From an uncultured Nannocystaceae bacterium (GTDB lineage: Bacteria; Myxococcota_A; Polyangia; Nannocystales; Nannocystaceae), in assembly GCA_964437075.1 (NCBI GenBank), contig CAYTFJ010000116.1, positions 1 to 11,239 on the forward strand: a stretch of DNA of 11,239 bases, in the 5' to 3' direction. The notes below the pieces were generated by a model. The model made no database searches. It was not told the DNA's origin and worked only from the letters and a program-made list of their open reading frames with translations. Below are positions 1 to 6,709 of the stretch, in pieces. Numbering within the stretch: the first letter of the stretch is position 1; the number at the start of each line of letters is the position of its first letter. The translations under genes were made by a program, and so were the position numbers.

Positions 1-180
1 CGCGCTGCCGCTCGATTTCGTGTGCTCAGCTCCTCAGCTCAGGCTACGATCCACACCCCTCCGACCGACGTGCAAAGGCCGCGTTCACTGAGGACGGTCG
101 TAGTAAAATGGTAGTAACCTCGGCGTCATCTGTGTCACGGGTGGCACAAATGACACCGAACGCGCAGACTCTGGTTGCGC

Positions 181-226
181 GAAACCAAAGAGAAACCCCT
201 AAGAACCTTACGGTTTCAGGGGTTTC
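181..226 (-). terminator. Intrinsic terminator immediately 3' of tRNA-Lys on the minus strand: 9-bp outer stem (GAAACCCCU/AGGGGUUUC), inner GAACC/GGUUC stem capped by a GUAA (GNRA) tetraloop, followed by a U-rich tract
   Basis: Seen directly. Plus-strand 192-200 gaaacccct pairs with 218-226 aggggtttc. Inner aacc/ggtt stems flank the loop ttac (GUAA in the minus-strand RNA). The A-rich plus-strand tract 181-193 gives a U-tract in the minus-strand RNA. Confidence 0.5.
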
Positions 227-231
227 GCAAG

Positions 232-304
232 TGAGCCCGGTTGGGATCGAACCAACGACCCGCGGATTAAGAGTCCGCTGCTCTGCCAACTGAGCTACGG
301 GCCC
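232..304 (-). tRNA. tRNA-Lys (anticodon CTT), 73 nt, CCA not encoded
   Basis: Reverse complement reads GGGCCCGTAGCTCAGTTGGCAGAGCAGCGGACTCTTAATCCGCGGGTCGTTGGTTCGATCCCAACCGGGCTCA. It has a 7-bp acceptor stem (one G-U), a D-arm AGCTCAGTTGGCAGAGC, an anticodon stem GCGGA/TCCGC with loop CTCTTAA (anticodon CTT), a T-arm GGTTCGATCC and discriminator A. Confidence 0.9.
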
Positions 305-318
305 GACTTCGGAAGGGG

Positions 319-324
319 TATTTA
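319..324 (-). promoter_or_regulatory. Possible -10 element (TAAATA on the minus strand) for the tRNA-Lys precursor, about 14 nt upstream of the mature 5' end, with a weak GTTTCA about 16 nt further upstream
   Basis: Motif match only, in the 65-nt gap between the scoB stop and the tRNA. Not verified. Confidence 0.2.
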
Positions 325-369
325 CACGATCTTTCAGTGATGAAACAGCCCGTCGGTGAATTTTTTGAA

Positions 370-1008
370 TCAAATCTCCAAATGCGCTGCTGTCGCGTTA
401 CAAATTTCTGAGATCTCGACTCCATCTGCGGTTTCAACCAGACGAAATCCCCCGTCTCCGTGTCTGTCGACGGAGATGACGCCGAGGTCTGTGATGATCA
501 GGTCGACGCAGCGCATGGCGGTCAGTGGCAGACTGCATTCACTCACGAGCTTGCTGGTGCCTTTCCGGTCACGGTGATTGAGGACCGCGATGACCTTGCG
601 TGCGCCAGTGGCGAGGTCCATTGCGCCGCCGATACCGGCGACTTTTTTTCCGGGAACCATCCAATTGGCGAGATCGCCCCCTTGGCTGACCTGCATGGCT
701 CCGAGCACCGCGACATCGACGTGGCCTCCACGGATCATGGCAAAGCTCATGGCAGAGTCGAATGTGCTGCCTCCGTCGACGATCGTCACCGTTTGTTTTC
801 CGGCGTTAATGACCTGGGGGTCGACCTCATCGTCGTGGGGGAAGGGGCCCATTCCAAGCAGTCCGTTCTCGGAATGAAAGACGATTCCACTGGAGGCATC
901 AATGTAGTTGCTGATCAGCGTCGGGATGCCGATACCAAGATTGACGATGCCTCTGGCGGGGAGTTCGCGTGCGGCACGCGCGGCGATTTGAGCTCGGGTC
1001 CAGGTCAT
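370..1008 (-). CDS. scoB: 3-oxoacid (succinyl-CoA:3-ketoacid / acetate) CoA-transferase subunit B (ScoB/AtoA family), 212 aa
   Basis: Full-length colinear similarity to AtoA/ScoB: N-terminus MTWTRAQIAARAARELPARGIVNLGIGIPT, then SENGLLGMGP, FDSAMSFAMIRGGHVDVAVLGAMQV, LANWMVPGKKVAGIGGAMDL and GARKVIAVLNH. Length matches the family. No canonical SD upstream. Confidence 0.88.
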   Translation of the reverse strand: MTWTRAQIAARAARELPARGIVNLGIGIPTLISNYIDASSGIVFHSENGLLGMGPFPHDDEVDPQVINAGKQTVTIVDGGSTFDSAMSFAMIRGGHVDVAVLGAMQVSQGGDLANWMVPGKKVAGIGGAMDLATGARKVIAVLNHRDRKGTSKLVSECSLPLTAMRCVDLIITDLGVISVDRHGDGGFRLVETADGVEISEICNATAAHLEI

Positions 1009-1186
1009 GGGCTGTGGGTATAGTCGCGCAGAGGGGAGGAGCGTGGCCAGAGATTGCTGCGGGAGCCACGAAGACTAACAATTGAAGATAATTCATCACC
1101 AAATTGCTGGTCGGGGTGGCATAGGGCCGTGGCTTGGGTAAGATTTGTACATCGTCGCGGGGGGTCTCGGTCGAGAATGGTCGTCA

Positions 1187-2587
1187 ATGAGCACATCACT
1201 TATCTCCGGACGCGCGTTGTTGTTGCTCTCTTGCCTAGGGGCTGCCTGCGGCGGCTCGGACGATGGGGAGGGCGGTGCGTGGTTGGGGGAGGGCAATGGT
1301 GACGGTGACGGCCACAGCGGAAGTTCATCCAATGCTAGCGGAGATGGAACGGGTCCCGGTGGAGGCGGAGCGACGAACAACACCGGAGACGACGGCTCAA
1401 CGTTGACCTTCGACGTGAGCGGCGGGCAGGGTAACGGGAATGGCGGCGATGGCGATTGCGACGAGGGAGAATCACCCTCGGGTAACTTCAGCGTGATCTG
1501 GATCGCCAACAGTGTGGAGGGGACGGTGTCCAAGATCGACACCGTCAGCGCCGCGGAGTTGGCGCGATACAGAACCGGGCCCGGGACGCCAGACCCTTCG
1601 CGCACCAGCGTGAATCTGTTTGGCGATGTCGCGGTGGGCAATCGATCCGGCAGCATCACCAAGATCGCGGCGAAGAGCGAAGACTGTATTGACGCCAACA
1701 ACGACGGAACGATTCAGACCTCAAGTGGTCCGACCGACATCCTCGCGTGGGGTCAAGACGAATGCGTGCTGTGGCATACCGATCTTGGATTCACAGCACC
1801 GGCCGGAAGCCCCGACAATCAAGGGGGACCTCGGGCGGTGGCTTGGAACGCCGGCATCGAGCTGGAGGATGGTTGTTTCTCGGATCCACAGGTCTGGGTC
1901 GGGTGGCGGGATCAACCATCGTCGTCAGTGAAGATCAAGCGTCTAGATGGCGAGACCGGCGAGGTTGATGGCGATGTCCTGGTCGAGAACTGGTGGGGCC
2001 AATGGGGCCACGGGCCCTATGGTGCGGCGGCGGATGCGGCGGGAGGCATCTGGATCCTGGGCAGCTCGGGCACGATCCTCTACATCGACCCCGACGACCT
2101 TGGTGTGACACGCTGGAATGTTCCGATCACTCAGGTGCTGTATGGGATTTCGCTCGATGCCGATGGCGTTCCGTGGATCGCTGGCTATCACGGCAACCTC
2201 TTCCACTTCGATGCCGAGACGGGCACCATGACGGACCATGGAAAGCTCGGTGGGGACGTACAAGTGTTGCGAGGACTGGCGATGGATGCCGATAAAAACG
2301 CTTGGGTCGCCGGAAACTTGTTTTGCAAGCTGCTGCGTTACGACACCGACGCCGATGTGCTCGTGGACGCGAACATCGAGCTTCCCGGGTGTGTCGAGCC
2401 CGTCGGGGTGAGCATCGATATGGAGGGCTATATCTGGGTGGTGGATCGAGGGGCGAATGGAGCCTACAAAATCGACCCGGACACTCAGGAGGTCAAGAGC
2501 TTCGTCGATGGCCTTGTGGCTCCGTACACGTATTCCGATATGACAGGATGGGGCCTCGGGCTCGTTGTCAATCCGCCGATTGGGTAG
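1187..2587 (+). CDS. Secreted lipoprotein with a long Gly/Asp/Asn-rich low-complexity tether and a C-terminal multi-bladed beta-propeller (Vgb/streptogramin-lyase-like or NHL/SMP-30-like repeats)
   Basis: The ORF runs 1145..2587; the start is chosen at ATG 1187, giving MSTSLISGRALLLLSCLGAAC with the lipobox LLSC. About 90 aa of G/D/N/S-rich linker follow. Repeated ~45-aa blades then appear: WIANSVEGTVSKID, VAVGNRSGSITKI, GIWILGSSGTILYIDPDD, VPWIAGYHGNLFHFDAETG, NAWVAGNLFCKLLRYDTD and YIWVVDRGANGAYKIDPDT. Domain family is assigned by pattern only. Confidence 0.6.
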   Translation: MSTSLISGRALLLLSCLGAACGGSDDGEGGAWLGEGNGDGDGHSGSSSNASGDGTGPGGGGATNNTGDDGSTLTFDVSGGQGNGNGGDGDCDEGESPSGNFSVIWIANSVEGTVSKIDTVSAAELARYRTGPGTPDPSRTSVNLFGDVAVGNRSGSITKIAAKSEDCIDANNDGTIQTSSGPTDILAWGQDECVLWHTDLGFTAPAGSPDNQGGPRAVAWNAGIELEDGCFSDPQVWVGWRDQPSSSVKIKRLDGETGEVDGDVLVENWWGQWGHGPYGAAADAAGGIWILGSSGTILYIDPDDLGVTRWNVPITQVLYGISLDADGVPWIAGYHGNLFHFDAETGTMTDHGKLGGDVQVLRGLAMDADKNAWVAGNLFCKLLRYDTDADVLVDANIELPGCVEPVGVSIDMEGYIWVVDRGANGAYKIDPDTQEVKSFVDGLVAPYTYSDMTGWGLGLVVNPPIG

Positions 2588-2646
2588 GTCGTGGCGTGGC
2601 ATTGGGCCCGTCCCCGGCGGCGCTTCGAAATGTTGTATGACGTGGC

Positions 2647-4335
2647 ATGTCTCGCGGCGTTTACCTTGCGATCCTAAGCTGGGCCTCGATTGGCCTTTGT
2701 GCTTGTCTAACGGCTCCGCCTAGGTTGGTGACCGCCGACGGGAAGATCGCATCTCCGGGGGAGACTACGACGACCGCGAGGGTAGGAGAGATCTTGCATC
2801 GCGCGCGAGGGGTGGGGAGTCTCTATCAACCGGGTGAACTTCGTGCATTCGAGTTTCACCAGGCGGGACAGACCATCGGTCGCTCATGGAGCCGATACGA
2901 CGGGGAGACGGCGGATGGCAACCATCGATTCTCGACGCGGGTGGAGCTGACACCTCCGAAGGGCGAGGTGCTGCGGAGCGCGTCGGAGATCGTCGTCGAC
3001 GATCACGGTCGACTGATCTCAGGCTTCGAGCGTAGTGCGGCGGCTCAGCTTCAGTTTAATGTGTCGGCGGACCGTCTCGAGATGGCGGCCTTCACCGGTC
3101 TTCCCGTGCAAGAGCGAGAGACGCTCAAATTCGGCCCAGAGGCCGCTTTTGTTGGCTATATGGCGACAATTCACCAGGAGATCATGTTTGCGACCCGAGA
3201 CCTTCATCGAGGTGAACAGGGTTGGCGGCTGATCTTCTTATCTTCGGGCCGCCCACACGAATGGGATGCCACGGTTTCGCCTGAGGGCGACGGCCTACGG
3301 GTTCGAACAAGTCTCGGGGAGTCGATCTTTTTTGAGAATCAGCGAATTATGCACGTTCGTGTCGCGGACGACGACTTGGAGGTGACCGTGAACGACGACG
3401 GACGTTGGCCGCTCTGGGCAATTGAGACTCCGAGAGCGCTGGTCTACGTCCCTTCGACCAACGCCAAATTTGTTCGGCGAAGTTTGGAACTCACTGGTCG
3501 AGAGAACGAGCCGCGTCTCGCTGGGGAGGTCCTATTGCCGACCGAGCTCGAGCGCGGAGCGCAGCGACCGGGGATCTTGTTCTTGGGAGGGGGAAGCCCC
3601 GCGGACCGCTACGGCTTTGCGGGGCCTCCTGCAGTCGATCTCGGGTTTCATGAGATTACCGACGCCCTGGCGCAGGCCGGTTTTGTGGTCTTGCGTTACG
3701 ACGAGCGTGGGCTTGGCGAGAGCGAGGCCGCGGAGATGACGTGGACCGGTCAACGGGAGGACGCGCGGCGGGCTCTTCGAATGTTGCTGGTACAGCCAGA
3801 GGTGGATCCCGATCAAATCGTCGTTGTTGGCCATGGCGAGGGAGGATGGCGCGCTTTGCAACTTGCCGCGGAGCGACCCGATGAAGTTGTTGGGGTCGCG
3901 TTGTTGGCCGCGCCCGGTCGAGGATATAGAGCGATATTTGCTCGTCACCCCGGCTTGCTTGCAAGCATAGAGAAGGGCCAGGGGCTCCCGCCGAATCTAG
4001 CGTTGCATCGAGAGTGGTATCGGCAAATATTGAAAGTCGATCCTTCGAAGCTCGTGCGTGACGTGCGGTGTCCGATTTGGATCGCCCAGGGAGATAAGGA
4101 CTTCGAGGTTGATGCTCTTGTAGCGACGGAGCACTGGAGGCGCGCGGTTCGGAAACATCACACGGTTCACGAGATCGCTCGCTTTGAGATGCTGGATCAC
4201 ATCTTCAAGAGCGAGCACGGCGAGTCGAGTTTTACATCGTATCTCGCCGATCGTCCCGTTGACAGTGAGTTTCTCGGATCACTCATCGACTGGGTTGAGG
4301 CACGGACAAAATCGACGCCAGGAAACCCGAGATAA
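2647..4335 (+). CDS. Secreted (lipobox GLCAC) two-domain protein: N-terminal ~300-aa domain of unknown function plus C-terminal S9/S15-like alpha/beta-hydrolase fold with the nucleophile Ser replaced by Gly (GHGEGG instead of GxSxGG)
   Basis: The N-terminus MSRGVYLAILSWASIGLCAC is a signal peptide. The C-terminal half carries alpha/beta-hydrolase landmarks: GILFLGGGS, VLRYDERGLGES (RGxGxS), the nucleophile elbow QIVVVGHGEGGWRALQLAA, PDEVVGVALLAAPG, an acid site WIAQGDKDFEV and a His site EMLDHIF. Codons 3835-3849 read ggc cat ggc gag gga, so the Ser is genuinely absent in this sequence. It lies 59 nt downstream of the propeller lipoprotein on the same strand and is likely co-transcribed with it. 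Confidence 0.6.
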   Translation: MSRGVYLAILSWASIGLCACLTAPPRLVTADGKIASPGETTTTARVGEILHRARGVGSLYQPGELRAFEFHQAGQTIGRSWSRYDGETADGNHRFSTRVELTPPKGEVLRSASEIVVDDHGRLISGFERSAAAQLQFNVSADRLEMAAFTGLPVQERETLKFGPEAAFVGYMATIHQEIMFATRDLHRGEQGWRLIFLSSGRPHEWDATVSPEGDGLRVRTSLGESIFFENQRIMHVRVADDDLEVTVNDDGRWPLWAIETPRALVYVPSTNAKFVRRSLELTGRENEPRLAGEVLLPTELERGAQRPGILFLGGGSPADRYGFAGPPAVDLGFHEITDALAQAGFVVLRYDERGLGESEAAEMTWTGQREDARRALRMLLVQPEVDPDQIVVVGHGEGGWRALQLAAERPDEVVGVALLAAPGRGYRAIFARHPGLLASIEKGQGLPPNLALHREWYRQILKVDPSKLVRDVRCPIWIAQGDKDFEVDALVATEHWRRAVRKHHTVHEIARFEMLDHIFKSEHGESSFTSYLADRPVDSEFLGSLIDWVEARTKSTPGNPR

Positions 4336-4367
4336 CCCGGCATCGAGTCCCCTGTGCAGTCGATGCG

Positions 4368-5435
<1,068 letters not shown>

Positions 5436-5491
5436 GGGGCTCTCCTTCGGTGTACAGGCGCATCTGGGAGACGCGCGGAAGATTGCTTGTG

Positions 5492-5869
5492 TTAGTCGAT
5501 CCGGAGATCGTTGGCTTCTTGTTCGATGGCACCGAACTCGGCATTGCTCAGGCCGAAGGCGTCGGCGAACTGGCCGAGGGCTTCGCGCTCTTTGTCGGAG
5601 TAGACGCCATCCGCCTTGACTAGCGCCACGGCCGCCTTGAGAAATATACGGCGCAAATAGGTGGTTTCGAGCATTCGGGCGGCTTCGCTCGCGCTGAAAC
5701 CGTCGGTGCGAATTGCTTCGTAGCGGAGATCTGTGCCGGACTCCTCCAGAAAGTCTCGAATGAGCTTTTCTTCGGTCTCGTCGATACCGTCTTGATCCGC
5801 CAAGAAATACAGCCCCCGTGCGAAGACCTCCACCTCGTGCGGCTGAAGGCCGCCATTGTTGTCCGTCAT
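5492..5869 (-). CDS. Small cytoplasmic TerB-like (tellurite-resistance TerB / DjlA-N-like helical) domain protein, ~125 aa
   Basis: Two copies of the TerB-type motif (hydrophobic helix, then ADG/DQDG, then acidic residues and Leu): GLYFLADQDGIDETEEKLIRDFLEESG and IFLKAAVALVKADGVYSDKEREALGQFADAFGLSNAEF. The start is chosen at ATG 5869 (MTDNNGG…) because the longer ORF to 6067 would run through an intrinsic terminator and the 3' end of the upstream gene. It lies 56 nt upstream of the SPFH gene on the same strand. Confidence 0.55.
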   Translation of the reverse strand: MTDNNGGLQPHEVEVFARGLYFLADQDGIDETEEKLIRDFLEESGTDLRYEAIRTDGFSASEAARMLETTYLRRIFLKAAVALVKADGVYSDKEREALGQFADAFGLSNAEFGAIEQEANDLRID

Positions 5870-5912
5870 AGGACGTGAGGCTAAGTCCTCCATAGGGTGG
5901 GATCTACCCCTC

Positions 5913-5947
5913 AAAAAAAATAAAACCCCGTGGCCAAAGCTACGGGG
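5913..5947 (-). terminator. Strong Rho-independent terminator for the minus-strand lipoprotein gene ending at 6015: stem CCCCGU…ACGGGG followed by UUUUAUUUUUUUU in the minus-strand RNA
   Basis: Plus-strand aaaaaaaataaaa (5913-5925), then ccccgt (5926-5931), a 10-nt loop and acgggg (5942-5947). This is a textbook hairpin plus U-tract when read on the minus strand. Confidence 0.8.
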
Positions 5948-5990
5948 TCCTTGCGATTGGAAAGCGGGGCCAGATTTGGCCCAAGTCGCC

Positions 5991-6011
5991 GCTGCTGGCT
6001 GCTGGCTGCTG
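5991..6011. repeat. Heptanucleotide tandem repeat (GCTGCTG)3 in the 3' UTR between the lipoprotein stop (6015) and its terminator
   Basis: Seen directly: gctgctggctgctggctgctg. Confidence 0.8.
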
Positions 6012-6014
6012 AGG

Positions 6015-6518
6015 TCAGCCCTTGTCCGCGGTGACCTTGAACCCTCGCTCATAGAGCAATGTCGCACCCGCGAGGCCCGTCTCGAAGACCTCGACCCTCC
6101 AGTCGCCCAATTGGCCGGCCTTGATGGTATGGCTCGATGCCAGCGAGACGGTCTGCGACGGGTGCAAGAAACCCGTGGTCGTTCGCTGCTGATCTCCGTA
6201 GCTCCACACGAAGGTCACCTCCCGCGGTCGATCGAGGCCATCCGCTCGCATGTGTAAAAACACCTCTCCGATCGAATGTGTGAACACCGCTCTGTCTTCG
6301 AGGGCGCCACCGTCCTCGGCCGCGAGCACGGCGGTTAACGCGAGCCTGGACGCCCTGTGGGTGGTGGGCCGCATGGCTTCAGCGGAGATCAAGCTTTGCT
6401 CCCAATTGTGGTTACGCAGCTTACCGTTGTCGCCGAGATGAGCGGGCGTGATGGGGGTGTCCATGCAGGCGGCCGAGAGCAGGAGCGGGGCGAGGAGTAT
6501 CGTAGGAGCGATGCGCAT
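6015..6518 (-). CDS. Small secreted lipoprotein (166 aa) with a C-terminal beta-rich domain resembling DUF2914
   Basis: MRIAPTILLAPLLLSAAC has the lipobox LSAAC. The C-terminal region AVFTHSIGEVFLHMRADGL…REVTFVWSYGDQ…SSHTIKAGQLGDWRVEVFE…GFKV fits the W…R…S.K.I..G.W.V.V pattern I associate with DUF2914. That assignment is from memory and was not searched. Confidence 0.5.
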   Translation of the reverse strand: MRIAPTILLAPLLLSAACMDTPITPAHLGDNGKLRNHNWEQSLISAEAMRPTTHRASRLALTAVLAAEDGGALEDRAVFTHSIGEVFLHMRADGLDRPREVTFVWSYGDQQRTTTGFLHPSQTVSLASSHTIKAGQLGDWRVEVFETGLAGATLLYERGFKVTADKG

Positions 6519-6709
6519 CGGAGCTAAAAACTTGACATGCTTCTATCGTGCCAATTGTGTATCTTTGAATTTTCGGTATCTTAGAGTTCCATGATTGTCT
6601 AAAAAGACTGCATTAGTGGCTTCGAAGATACCAATAGCGTAATTTAGAACGGATATTGGTTGATTCCCGAAGCGAGCGGTGCGAACGGGTTACTCTCGTG
6701 GAGATGCGT
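6519..6709. promoter_or_regulatory. AT-richer divergent intergenic region between the lipoprotein gene (-) and the S41 peptidase gene (+); contains TTGACA at 6533-6538 and an RBS GGAG at 6700-6703
   Basis: Local drop in GC relative to flanking coding DNA. The -35-like hexamer has no convincing -10 at 17-bp spacing. The SD GGAG sits 6 nt before ATG 6710. Confidence 0.35.

Noticed and set aside
44-373. 109-aa minus-strand ORF
   Set aside because: It overlaps the tRNA-Lys gene and its terminator entirely. No SD is present, and an ORF of this length arises by chance in GC-rich DNA.
460-1023. 187-aa plus-strand ORF
   Set aside because: It is antisense to the well-supported scoB gene: a typical high-GC shadow ORF with Asp/Gly-rich nonsense composition.
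1096-1701. 201-aa Pro/Ser-rich minus-strand ORF
   Set aside because: It is the antisense shadow of the Gly/Asp-rich linker of the propeller lipoprotein (GGC/GAC codons read as Pro/Ser on the opposite strand).
1943-2602. 219-aa minus-strand ORF
   Set aside because: It lies antisense inside the propeller lipoprotein gene. It has no recognisable domain, and the plus-strand frame shows clear repeat-domain signal.
5870-6067. N-terminal extension of the TerB-like ORF (MRHCSMSEG…)
   Set aside because: It would span a strong intrinsic terminator and overlap the 3' end of the upstream lipoprotein gene. Its composition is Arg/Ser/Pro-rich noise. The internal Met at 5869 gives a sensible domain start.
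6656-6709. Upstream extension of the S41 peptidase ORF (MVDSRSERCERVTLVEMR)
   Set aside because: No SD is present. ATG 6710 has GGAG at ideal spacing and is followed at once by a canonical signal peptide with a lipobox.
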